Shown: positions 1-7,671 of the stretch, one piece after another
How positions within the stretch are numbered: position 1 is the stretch's first letter
How the letters are laid out: every line of letters begins with the position of its first letter
DNA from: a virus
Taxonomy: Duplodnaviria; Caudoviricetes
IMG/VR virus record: IMGVR_UViG_3300010361_000404
Coordinates: 1 to 25,573 of that record
Direction: 5' to 3' (one strand)
Length of the DNA stretch: 25,573 nucleotides
Notes under the pieces: generated by a model
Told to the model about the DNA's origin: nothing
The model's input: only the letters and a program-made list of their open reading frames with translations
The model's database searches: none
Translations under genes and position numbers: made by a program

Positions 1-28
1 ATCTACACACTGCGGGCAATTAAGTTTT

Positions 29-685
29 TCACCCCCCTATGGTGCGGCGACGCAACGTCGCGAGGGCGAGCACGCCCAGCGCCAGAATGCCCATAGTGGC
101 CGGCTCAGGCACCGCTGCGACGGCGGATGAGGCAGTGCCGGCGAAGCTTGCATCAAACGGCGCAATGGTGCTGCCGATGCTGGCGAGCGCTGGCGTGAGG
201 TTAGACAATGCGAGATTGAAGCTCGTGGGTGCGATCAGATCAGATGCGGGCAATATCGATGATGACAATACGAGTGTGTCAGGTGGGCTTGATACGTTCA
301 CCACCAAGCCGGTGCCGCCCGCTGCACCGAAAGCGGCATCGGTGAATGTCCCTGACAGGATATCAACACCACCGCAGTTTGCCGCGCTGCTAATGCAAAA
401 CGTGCCCGAGTAGTGCTGAAGCAGCGCCGAGCCGACACCAGACACGGCATCGATGCTCGATGCAGACAGGTTGAAGAATACGCCAGCCATCGGCGAATTG
501 CCGAAAAGCTGCGTCACATCGGTGCTTGCATTATCGACCGTGAAGGTGGTCACGGTGTCGGTGGCATCGACCGTTGCGGTGAATGTGTTGCTACCGCTGG
601 TCTGGCCGAAAGCTGCGATCTGCGCAGCCCCTGCAGGGGCAGCGAACGCGAGCGAAAGAACGGTGGCAAGCAGCAGTGCTTTCAT
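29..685 (-). CDS. PEP-CTERM sorting domain-containing secreted protein (218 aa)
   Basis: Start re-called at MKALLLATVLSLAFAAPAGA (signal peptide) with RBS GAAGGAAAAGCCATT-ATG. C-terminus VPEPATMGILALGVLALATLRRR has the PEP motif, a transmembrane helix and an Arg cluster. The body is Ser/Thr/Gly-rich. Confidence 0.92.
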   Translation of the reverse strand: MKALLLATVLSLAFAAPAGAAQIAAFGQTSGSNTFTATVDATDTVTTFTVDNASTDVTQLFGNSPMAGVFFNLSASSIDAVSGVGSALLQHYSGTFCISSAANCGGVDILSGTFTDAAFGAAGGTGLVVNVSSPPDTLVLSSSILPASDLIAPTSFNLALSNLTPALASIGSTIAPFDASFAGTASSAVAAVPEPATMGILALGVLALATLRRRTIGG

Positions 686-711
686 AATGGCTTTTCCTTC
701 GGCGAGGCAGC

Positions 712-738
712 GGCGCCAGAGCGTGATGCCCTGGCGCC
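712..738 (-). other. Intergenic GC-rich stem-loop (no U-tract)
   Basis: Minus-strand GGCGCCAGGGC-ATCAC-GCTCTGGCGCC forms an 11-bp stem with one G-U pair, between the Pro-rich gene and the PEP-CTERM gene. Confidence 0.45.
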
Positions 739-746
739 TGGAGTGC

Positions 747-1358
747 TTAGGCTTTCGGCTGCGCTGGTGGCTCGGGGAGCTGCACACCGGGCGGCAGAGG
801 CACGGCGACATAACCAATGCCTGGCACCCAGAGGATGAGATACCCGCCACCACCACCTGCGGGCGGCAGCTCGATGGGATGTGCGGGCTCACCTGGAGGT
901 GCGGCACCGACAGGCGGCAACACGATGGGGTGCTCTGGCGTGCCGCCCCCTGGCGAGCCTGGAGGCACCGGCTGGATCGGATGCGCAGGGAACGGTGGCA
1001 ACGAATTGTCGGGGTAGCCCGGAGGTGGCGGGATCGGCAACGGGTAGCCCACTTGCGGTGGTGCGCCGCCCCAGATGCCTAGGGGTGGTGGTGGTGTCGG
1101 CAGCGGATAGCCCACTTGCGGTGGTGCGCCGCCCCAGATGCCTAGGGGTGGTGGTGGTGTCGGCAGCGGATAGCCCACCTGCGGTGGTGCGCCGCCCCAG
1201 ATGCCGAGAGGTGGAGGCACCGGCAATGGATAGCCGACTTGCGGTGGTGCGCCGCCCCAGATGCCGGGCGGCTGTCCCGGCGGTGGCGGATAGATCGGGC
1301 CACCTCCGACCTCTGGCAGATGGAGCTTGCCGATAAAAACAACATCAAGCACGGGCAT
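747..1358 (-). CDS. Proline/glycine-rich tandem-repeat protein (203 aa), function unknown
   Basis: RBS CAGGAG upstream of ATG. Four GIWGGAPPQVGYPLPxPPP repeats, then PxHPI motifs and a hydrophobic YLILWVPGIGYVAV segment. Confidence 0.8.
   Translation of the reverse strand: MPVLDVVFIGKLHLPEVGGGPIYPPPPGQPPGIWGGAPPQVGYPLPVPPPLGIWGGAPPQVGYPLPTPPPPLGIWGGAPPQVGYPLPTPPPPLGIWGGAPPQVGYPLPIPPPPGYPDNSLPPFPAHPIQPVPPGSPGGGTPEHPIVLPPVGAAPPGEPAHPIELPPAGGGGGYLILWVPGIGYVAVPLPPGVQLPEPPAQPKA
1036..1265. repeat. Coding tandem repeat, 63/63/60-bp period, about 4 copies
   Basis: TAGCC(C/G)AC(T/C)TGCGGTGGTGCGCCGCCCCAGATGCC starts at 1045, 1108, 1171 and 1231. Units 1045-1107 and 1108-1170 are identical. Confidence 0.95.
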
Positions 1359-1382
1359 GAAGCGCGACTCCTGATTGGGGTT

Positions 1383-1709
1383 TCACGTGTGACGGGAACG
1401 ATTACCAAAGCCCCCGCCGGCAGCGGCAGTGATCCTGTCGTGACACTGCTTGCGGAGCGCCTGGAGATTGTCCCAGGCGTAAAGCAGAGCACTGTCACCG
1501 TGGTGGGGGCGCTTGTGATGCACCACCTGCGCGGGGTGGCCGCAGCCGCATTCGCAGAGCGGATGCGTGTTGAGATACGCGGCACGCAGCTTTTGCCATC
1601 GCCGGCCATAGATGCGCGACGGTGACGGGCGAGTGGCGACGTATTGGGCCTTGCGCTCGGCCCAAGGCTGCACGCCTGGGGGCTGGTGCTTCGGTGCGGA
1701 AAACGGCAT
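1383..1709 (-). CDS. HNH endonuclease, terminase-associated type (HK97 gp74-like)
   Basis: YGRRWQKLRAAYLNTHPLCECGC...VVHHKRPHHGD...AWDNLQALRKQCHDRITA. Start re-called at MPFSAPKHQ. Position is at the end of the early/late-control arm. Confidence 0.85.
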   Translation of the reverse strand: MPFSAPKHQPPGVQPWAERKAQYVATRPSPSRIYGRRWQKLRAAYLNTHPLCECGCGHPAQVVHHKRPHHGDSALLYAWDNLQALRKQCHDRITAAAGGGFGNRSRHT

Positions 1710-1832
1710 GGGGCTGGTGCGCTCTGCCGGCGCGGCGCGGAAGCAGCGACGGCGAGCGTAGCGGTTTATTACCCGCCTTTGCGGCATCACGCAATATCCT
1801 TACGCAGCCTCTAGAAGCCGCCACGAAGCCGG

Positions 1833-2378
1833 CTACAGGCGGGCGACGCGCTGGCCGCTGTCAGTCACCGGCCGGGGCGCCAGACGGCGCCTAGGCCCGC
1901 TCCAGGCTCGCGCAAGCGCACGAATGGCAAGCACGGTCCAGTCGCGCACCGTCTCGCGGTTGCGGCCGGTGATGCGCGCCACCTCGACCCACGGCAGATC
2001 GCGCACGATGCAAGCGCGGCACAGATCGGCCGCGAACCGGCCAATCGATGCCTCGACTGCCTGGAGCTTGGCCACGGCGCCCACGGCTGCGAGCATTCGG
2101 GTGTGCGCATCTGCGCCACCTCCCGGCGAGCGCATGAGCTGCGCGGTTGTGGCCACCTCCAGGCGCGCGGCTTCCCAGGCGCTGCGATACTCGACGGCGG
2201 CTTGATACTCGCCGGCCGTGATGCGGCCGGTATCACGCAGCACATCGAGGCGGGTTCGCACGCGCCAGCCTTGGCGGAATTCGCGCGCATCGATGGCCGG
2301 TGCCTCGATGCCGGCGAGGTGCTGGAGCGCTGCGGCCGATGGCTTCACGGGCCGCGCCGGAATTGCTTGTGATGCCAC
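1833..2378 (-). CDS. Putative late-transcription regulator (DUF6456-like, C-terminal HTH)
   Basis: N-terminal LRDTGRITAGEYQAAVEYR and C-terminal HTH-like LPWVEVARITGRNRETVRDWTVLAIRALA. Sits at the lambda Q-equivalent position. Confidence 0.6.
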   Translation of the reverse strand: MASQAIPARPVKPSAAALQHLAGIEAPAIDAREFRQGWRVRTRLDVLRDTGRITAGEYQAAVEYRSAWEAARLEVATTAQLMRSPGGGADAHTRMLAAVGAVAKLQAVEASIGRFAADLCRACIVRDLPWVEVARITGRNRETVRDWTVLAIRALARAWSGPRRRLAPRPVTDSGQRVARL

Positions 2379-2539
2379 GCGGCTTCATCGGCCAGACCCT
2401 CCAGCACGTTCGCGATGGCGATCCGTTGCACGGCATCGAAGCGTTGTTGCAGCTCGCGCTCGATCCGTTGCACGGCTTCCTCGATGGCGACGGTGCGGGG
2501 ATCTATCGCGTGGCCGGTCCAGTACTCGGTCGCGCTCAT
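2345..2539 (-). CDS. Hypothetical protein (64 aa)
   Basis: Start MSATEYW overlaps the upstream stop (ATGA coupling at 2536-2539). Sequence looks helical. Confidence 0.6.
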   Translation of the reverse strand: MSATEYWTGHAIDPRTVAIEEAVQRIERELQQRFDAVQRIAIANVLEGLADEAAWHHKQFRRGP

Positions 2540-2721
2540 GTCACCGGCCCGATGCCAAGCAGGCGCCGCACGCGGTGGCAAAAGCCGCACGGCCGGCGGT
2601 GCGGTGTGGCTGGTGCCGGTGGTGCGGGGCGCTGCCTCCAGGTTCTAGGCGGCAGCGGGATCGACAGCGGCGGCATCGCTCGCCGGGGATACTGCATCGG
2701 CTGGCGTGGTGGTGCTGGCAT
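2536..2721 (-). CDS. Hypothetical Pro/Arg-rich protein with CxxC (61 aa)
   Basis: Strong RBS GGGAGGAAACGCG-ATG, RPCGFCHRVRR motif, and translational coupling to the next gene. Confidence 0.55.
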   Translation of the reverse strand: MPAPPRQPMQYPRRAMPPLSIPLPPRTWRQRPAPPAPATPHRRPCGFCHRVRRLLGIGPVT

Positions 2722-3226
2722 CGCGTTTCCTCCCATTCGGTAACGGGTTGAGCTGATCGAGCACGGCAGGCGGCAGGTGCAGCGCACGCGGCCGGCGCGA
2801 TACGCTCAGCGCGTCGAGCTGCGCTTGCGCCGCTGCGGCTTTCGCCATTTCCGACACGCGCAGGCTCGCCACCACCTGCTGGGTGAGCTGCTGCACGTAC
2901 GCGATTTCCTCGGGCGTCGGTGGTGGGCGCGGTGGTTGCGGCGCGGGCGGCTGAATCGCGATGAGTGGCGGCCGGCGCTCGCGCCACCATGCTGACAGGT
3001 GCTCGGCAAGCTCGGGGTAGGTGGGAAAGCCTTTCATGCACTGGCGCGCCACGTGCTCCAGGCTGTCGGTGGTGAATGCGCCATCGGGGAAGCGATCCGT
3101 GAGCAGCGGCACATATGCCGCCAGCCGCATTTCGGCTTCCTGCCTAGTGATGCTTATGGCGGTGAGCACGCCCAGCGATTGACACCACTCGCGCACCACT
3201 CGGGTGTGCGTCTGCTGCTTCGGCAT
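2645..3226 (-). CDS. Hypothetical replication-module protein (lambda P / helicase-loader position)
   Basis: Start re-called at MPKQQTHTRVV with RBS CAGGAG. Lies directly downstream of the initiator. FTTDSLEHVARQCMKGFPTYPEL resembles the 'FPt..e' motif of such proteins. Confidence 0.6.
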   Translation of the reverse strand: MPKQQTHTRVVREWCQSLGVLTAISITRQEAEMRLAAYVPLLTDRFPDGAFTTDSLEHVARQCMKGFPTYPELAEHLSAWWRERRPPLIAIQPPAPQPPRPPPTPEEIAYVQQLTQQVVASLRVSEMAKAAAAQAQLDALSVSRRPRALHLPPAVLDQLNPLPNGRKRDASTTTPADAVSPASDAAAVDPAAA

Positions 3227-3770
3227 GGTCGATGGTCTCCTGCATGTCGGCTGCGGCACTGTCGGCGAAGCCGTTGCGGCTTTCCTTCCTCCCCCCACCA
3301 TTCACACCACGCGCGCCGCGCTCCCCCCGCTTGCGGGGGGTTGGGGGGGTGTTTGAATCTGCTTCTGACTCTCGCTTCTGTGATTCGGGATGGTTTTGCA
3401 TTGCAAAATCATCGGCCGACTCGCGGTGCCACCTAGCATTCGCTGCGTCGGCGCGGATCGCGGCGAGCTTCCCATCGGCTACCATTCGGCTGCTTACGAG
3501 ACACCCGCAGGCTCCCCGCTTGGCCACGCCACGGCGCTCTAATTCCTCGATGAGCCGGCCCACCGTCGCCACCTTGCAGCGTGTCAATTTGGCCAGTGTG
3601 GAAAGCGATGGTGGCTTGCCGGCAATGATGACGTGCCCATAGGGATCGCCCTGCGCGGCGATGCAGAGCAGGCGCATCCAAAGGCCCTGTGCGGCAAGGC
3701 TGCACGCGGCCAGCGCCGGATCATCGCTCCAATCGCTCCAGTAGAATTTGCCCCATCGCAGCTTATTCAC
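3144..3770 (-). CDS. Phage replication initiator (DUF1376/YdaU-like N-terminus)
   Basis: KFYWSDWSDDPALAACSLAAQGLWMRLLCIA...LVSSRMVAD...ANARW, followed by a low-complexity linker that carries origin-like DNA repeats. Confidence 0.75.
   Translation of the reverse strand: MNKLRWGKFYWSDWSDDPALAACSLAAQGLWMRLLCIAAQGDPYGHVIIAGKPPSLSTLAKLTRCKVATVGRLIEELERRGVAKRGACGCLVSSRMVADGKLAAIRADAANARWHRESADDFAMQNHPESQKRESEADSNTPPTPRKRGERGARGVNGGGRKESRNGFADSAAADMQETIDHAEAADAHPSGARVVSIAGRAHRHKHH
3323..3422. promoter_or_regulatory. Putative replication origin inside the initiator gene
   Basis: 25-bp near-palindrome GATGGTTTTGCATTGCAAAATCATC (3389-3413), tandem GCTTCTG repeats (3361, 3374), a CCCCCCGC/GCGGGGGG inverted repeat, and four GANTC sites (3355, 3367, 3382, 3418). 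Confidence 0.55.
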
Positions 3771-3796
3771 GTCACCCCCGGCGGCGTGCGTTCAGG

Positions 3797-4345
3797 TCAT
3801 GTCACCTCGCGTAAGAATTCCTCGCGTTCTTCGGCCGACGCGCGTTTCCAGGCGCGGCGCAGCGTGGTCAGTGGTTTCTCTCGGTAGTACGGCGCAGGCG
3901 CGTTCAGTCGATCACGCTTGCCCTTGGCTTCGCGGTAGGCAGCAGAGTTGCCCCTCGGTAAACGAGTTACATCGTAACCCGTTTTATGCCCTCGCCCTGG
4001 CCCTGCCTTTCCGCCTTCAATGCCGATCTGTCGCTTGCCAAGCTGCTGCGCTTCCTTGAACGGCACAGGCGCCTCGACACCGGCAATGCTCAATCCATGC
4101 ACCGCCCACTCGACGGCTTGCGGATCGAGGGCCAAGCCGTCGCGCAGGTACTGGTCCTTGTCCTGATAGCCAGCCCATCCGACGTGCTCGCCTTCGATAA
4201 TCATACGCAAGAGGTGGCGGCAGTCGCTGGGCAGGTTGCGCTTGCAGAATGCGCGATACTCACCGATCAATTCCGGCCAGAGGTCGGGCGCGACGTTCCG
4301 CAGATCGTCGCGCCACTCCACACCGCGATTGATCGTCACATCCAC
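3797..4345 (-). CDS. Hypothetical protein (182 aa), basic C-terminal half, possibly DNA-binding
   Basis: GTG start overlaps the helicase stop. Contains GGKAGPGRG, RGNSAAY and LRRAWKRASAEEREEFL segments. Confidence 0.7.
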   Translation of the reverse strand: MDVTINRGVEWRDDLRNVAPDLWPELIGEYRAFCKRNLPSDCRHLLRMIIEGEHVGWAGYQDKDQYLRDGLALDPQAVEWAVHGLSIAGVEAPVPFKEAQQLGKRQIGIEGGKAGPGRGHKTGYDVTRLPRGNSAAYREAKGKRDRLNAPAPYYREKPLTTLRRAWKRASAEEREEFLREVT

Positions 4346-6135
4346 GATGGGAAGTCTCCCCGCAGCAAATCCGCCTCAAGATTGCGCACCCACTCGTTGT
4401 GCCGCTCTAGCTCCTCGGGCGTGCTCGCCTCCACGGCACCGAGTGCCCACCGCTTCGCAGTGTTGATCCGCTTCATATATTCGCCGGGCATTTCGCGGGT
4501 CATCGCGCGCCCACGCTGAAGCCCAAGGCGCAACGCGAGACCGGCCACCTTGCGGGTGCGAGCCTTCAACCTGTCGCGTGCTTCTGCCTGCTGATAGGTC
4601 GCACTAAAGCGCTGATCGTTGCGTTGCTTGTATCGCAATGCCGCTTCGGCAGCGATGCGATCCGCTTCCGCGTCATCCAGGCCGCGCGCAAGCCCCGCGT
4701 CTTTCACCTCCCGCTTAACGAAGATGTATTCAGGGTCGCTCTGAATATCGATAAGGTTCACGTCGGTGATGTTGACCAGCGGCCCCGCCGGTATCGGCTG
4801 ATAGTCATTATCACGAGGCGTGCGCGGGTCGTCGTCATCATCATCCGGCAGCGTGCCAACATCACCGTTGGGCGCATCAATCGCTTTCATCACCTTACGG
4901 CCAACGAATTGCGCCCAAGGGCTCGCAGCATCGACATTGATATGCCCCTCAATATCGTGCCCTGCACGCGACAGGCGCCCGATTTGCTGCTTTGAGGTGT
5001 TATGAATTCCAGGCGAGTTAAGGAACGTGCATTCGGCAGCATCGCAGATATCGAGGCCCTCGCCGGCCATGCCGACGCTTACCAGAATGTGCAACATCCA
5101 AGGTCTGCGATTGGTGATCCTGTCCTTTGGTGGGCAGAAGCGTTCAAGCACAACGCGGTTATCGTCATCGCTGCGGCCATTGATGCCGGTGCCTACCCAG
5201 TCCACCGACATACCTTCAGGCATTAGAGCGCGTATCTGCTCGCACACCACCTGCGCATGTGAGCAGCACAAGGCATACACCACCATCTGTGCCTTGATGC
5301 CCTGGTCGGCATACAATGCAATCAAGCGCTCTATGGGATGCGTAATAAGCGGCGAGACATACTTGGGTGTCCACCGGGCCTTGCGCGCGGCAATCCATTT
5401 CTCAATATTGTCAGGTGAGGCGCCGGCTTCAGCGATAAGCTCCGAGACTGTAAACGAGATAACCTCGCCATCTGCCTTGCTTACGAAGTCGATGCGGTAA
5501 TCGTAACTGTGCAGGTGCAGCCGCTTGACCGCGCCCTCATCCACCGCCTGCTCGTAACTGATCGAGATATCCGGCGGGCCGAAAATTGGCTGCTCGCCCT
5601 TGCGATCCGGCGTAGCCGACATTGCGAGGAATGCGGCGCGCTTAATCTTGGCAACCTCACGTGTCCAAGCAGTATCGGTGCCATAATGGTGATACTCATC
5701 AATCACTAAAAACACGCGCTTGCCGCCAGTGATCTGCTGTACCGCAGCAACGGCCCTTTGGCTTTGCACGAGCGCCTGGACAGTGACGATAAACACCAGG
5801 GTGCCGTTGCGATACTGCTTCAGCGCGTGCACCACCCCGTCACCGATGTTGCATGATTGAGTAGTGACACCCAGCGCGGCAAGCTCACGCGGAATATCTT
5901 CGCCGGCTTGCGTGGCTTGCCCAACCTGCGGCACCACCACCAGCATGATATCCGCAGCATCGAGCGCGCGCAGGACCGCAAAGGCGGTCGCTGCGAGGCG
6001 CGTCTTGCCGTAGCCGGTGGGCAGCTTCACAACGGTGGTCAGCAGTCCATCCTTGAAGCGCTGGCACGCCTCCGCTTGCCCTCTGCGGAGGTCTTGGAAC
6101 GATGGCATTTCAGGCACAAAAGCTGAAGGTTCCAT
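4336..6135 (-). CDS. Superfamily 2 DExH-box helicase (ResIII-like), 599 aa
   Basis: Walker A LPTGYGKT, VIDEYHH, MSAT, VGMAGEGLD and QQIGRLSR motifs. Start re-called at MEPSAF, which follows RBS AAGGGAG; the frame is open up to 6294. Confidence 0.9.
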   Translation of the reverse strand: MEPSAFVPEMPSFQDLRRGQAEACQRFKDGLLTTVVKLPTGYGKTRLAATAFAVLRALDAADIMLVVVPQVGQATQAGEDIPRELAALGVTTQSCNIGDGVVHALKQYRNGTLVFIVTVQALVQSQRAVAAVQQITGGKRVFLVIDEYHHYGTDTAWTREVAKIKRAAFLAMSATPDRKGEQPIFGPPDISISYEQAVDEGAVKRLHLHSYDYRIDFVSKADGEVISFTVSELIAEAGASPDNIEKWIAARKARWTPKYVSPLITHPIERLIALYADQGIKAQMVVYALCCSHAQVVCEQIRALMPEGMSVDWVGTGINGRSDDDNRVVLERFCPPKDRITNRRPWMLHILVSVGMAGEGLDICDAAECTFLNSPGIHNTSKQQIGRLSRAGHDIEGHINVDAASPWAQFVGRKVMKAIDAPNGDVGTLPDDDDDDPRTPRDNDYQPIPAGPLVNITDVNLIDIQSDPEYIFVKREVKDAGLARGLDDAEADRIAAEAALRYKQRNDQRFSATYQQAEARDRLKARTRKVAGLALRLGLQRGRAMTREMPGEYMKRINTAKRWALGAVEASTPEELERHNEWVRNLEADLLRGDFPSWM

Positions 6136-6290
6136 AGCTCGGTAGCTCCCTTTTCGATGAAAGGTCGTACGTGATCGGCTTCGCACTGCGCTTGCAGCTC
6201 GATGCCGCAGCCTGCGCATCGCCCGTCTTGGGCGATCCACACGATTTCGCGTTGTGCTTTTGTCGCGATCCTTCTCCCTGCTGTTTTCAT
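6039..6290 (-). CDS. HNH endonuclease (83 aa) overlapping the helicase start in a different frame
   Basis: QDGRCAGCG...EADHVRPFIEKGATELWNLQLLCLKCHRSKT is a complete CxxC-DH-N-CxxCH HNH motif set. Confidence 0.88.
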   Translation of the reverse strand: MKTAGRRIATKAQREIVWIAQDGRCAGCGIELQAQCEADHVRPFIEKGATELWNLQLLCLKCHRSKTSAEGKRRRASASRMDC

Positions 6291-6722
6291 TCATGCCGCT
6301 ACCCTTACCCTGCCGGCGCGCGGCACGCCCCAGGCATCGAGCAGCGCCAGCGCGTCATCGGCGCTGCACGCCACGCCATACCGGCCGCGCGCGAGCAGGA
6401 TCGCGGTGGCGACGCTCTGCTGCTCCAGGCTCACCATCCCATCGGGGGCTTTCACCTCGATGTGGTGCGCGAAGCCGCGATGCAGCACGAAGATATCGGG
6501 GACACCAGCGATACAGCCGCGTGAGGTGCGCAAGCCCGGTGCGGTGCCTTCATAGCTGGCCATATCGATCGACCACCACACCACGCCAGCTCGCGACACA
6601 TGCCCTGGCCGCGCCAGCTCCAGGCAGAGCACACCGGCAATTTGCTGGTGGATGGCAAGCTCTGGCACGCGGGGAGCGGCGAGACGGAAGGGGCGCGCAG
6701 TGGTGCCGTCGCGAGCCACCAC
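6291..6722 (-). CDS. VRR-NUC domain nuclease (Holliday junction resolvase-like)
   Basis: GCIAGVPDIFVL...HHIEVKAPDGMVSLEQQ matches the PD-(D/E)xK VRR-NUC signature. Confidence 0.85.
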   Translation of the reverse strand: MVARDGTTARPFRLAAPRVPELAIHQQIAGVLCLELARPGHVSRAGVVWWSIDMASYEGTAPGLRTSRGCIAGVPDIFVLHRGFAHHIEVKAPDGMVSLEQQSVATAILLARGRYGVACSADDALALLDAWGVPRAGRVRVAA

Positions 6723-6728
6723 GAGCCC

Positions 6729-6947
6729 CTAAGCTGCACGCAGCGGAGAGTGTGCCTCGATATCCTCCAGTTTCAGCTTGAGGCCATATGCGTTGGCCAG
6801 CCGCAATAGCTCGGGCCAGTGGCGGGCGGGGATGCCGTCGCCCTTCCAGTGGCAGATCGTGGAGTGGCTCAAGCCGAACCACTCGCCAAGCTCGCGCTGC
6901 GATCCCATCGCCTCGGTCAGCAGATCAATAATGCGGTCGTGCTTCAT
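6729..6947 (-). CDS. Cro-like HTH repressor (72 aa)
   Basis: MGSQRELGEWFGLSHSTICHWKGDGIPARHW. Divergent from the cI-like gene; start re-called at MKHDRII. Confidence 0.82.
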   Translation of the reverse strand: MKHDRIIDLLTEAMGSQRELGEWFGLSHSTICHWKGDGIPARHWPELLRLANAYGLKLKLEDIEAHSPLRAA

Positions 6948-6959
6948 ACGGGTGCGCCC

Positions 6960-6988
6960 AAGGTAATTGCCTTGTAGGCAATAGGCAA
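6960..6988 (-). promoter_or_regulatory. PR-like sigma70 promoter with operator 1 as its spacer
   Basis: Minus strand reads TTGCCT-N17-TACCTT. The 17-bp spacer (6966-6982) is the palindrome ATTGCCT-TGT-AGGCAAT. Confidence 0.7.
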
Positions 6989-7058
6989 GCGGCGGGCGCC
7001 CGCGCCACCCGCGCAACATTGCTGCTTGCCGGCATACCAGATAAGGCGCAGCGTAGGC

Positions 7059-7073
7059 TTGCCTAAATGGCAA
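7059..7073. promoter_or_regulatory. Repressor operator 2
   Basis: TTGCCTAAATGGCAA is one mismatch from the TTGCCT-N3-AGGCAA consensus and lies between cro and cI. Confidence 0.65.
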
Positions 7074-7121
7074 CACTGGATTCGCGTGGAGATTGCGCCT
7101 TTGCCCCGCTACAGTAGAAAG

Positions 7122-7448
7122 GTGCCGAAGCGATCCGTCAGCGACGAGACGCTGGTCAAGATTGGTCAGCGTGTCCGATGGCTGCGTGAGGCATTAGGCC
7201 ACACGCAGGCGGACTGGGCGCGCCGTTTGCGCATCTCAGTGATGGCCCTGAATAAATGGGAAGCCGGCACGCGGCTGCCCAATATCAACGCCTTAATAAC
7301 TATTTGCGACGCTTCCGGCGCTTCGATGGATTATCTGGTGCGGGGCATCGTGACGGCGGAGATGGCGCCGCTGTTGGTGGAGGCCCTGCATCGGCAACAC
7401 GCGGCCGACCTCGTTTTCCGGGCGCTCCCTCGCCGCGCGCGACGGTAA
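7122..7448 (+). CDS. CI-like XRE-family HTH repressor (108 aa, no S24 peptidase domain)
   Basis: IGQRVRWLREALGHTQADWARRLRISVMALNKWEAGTRLPNINALITICDASGASMDYLVRG. The GTG start at 7122 is 6 nt after a TACAGT -10-like box; the start position is uncertain. Confidence 0.85.
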   Translation: MPKRSVSDETLVKIGQRVRWLREALGHTQADWARRLRISVMALNKWEAGTRLPNINALITICDASGASMDYLVRGIVTAEMAPLLVEALHRQHAADLVFRALPRRARR

Positions 7449-7671
7449 GCCGCTCGATATCCTCGGCCACCTGCCGGCTGTAATCGGATGGATAGTCCTG
7501 GTTTCTGTCTCCACGAATTGTCACGGCCCAGAAGTCCCTTCACGTGCAAAGAGGATTTCGGCACGTCGGATTGATTGCCCATTGGGGCACTCGCACACTC
7601 AAAATGCAATATCCGGCGACGACCGAGCGTCAATCAAAATTCCTCGCTGCCGGTAACGCACAGTTAGGGGA

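Noticed and set aside
1036-1265. CRISPR-like array (35-bp conserved block with ~28-bp intervals)
   Set aside because: The intervals are identical or similar rather than unique, the period is a multiple of 3, the region encodes a coherent peptide repeat, and no cas genes are present.
6136-6294. 53-aa N-terminal extension of the helicase as a real domain
   Set aside because: The sequence is low-complexity and Arg-rich, and is the alternative frame of a clear HNH gene. It is retained only as a possible alternative start.
7576-7589. Fourth operator TGCCC-ATTG-GGGCA
   Set aside because: Spacing and half-site differ from the TTGCCT-N3-AGGCAA consensus; it may be chance.
7293-7633. Small minus-strand ORFs between or over cI and gp157
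   Set aside because: They are antisense to cI, have no recognisable motifs or convincing RBS, and the region is better explained as regulatory.
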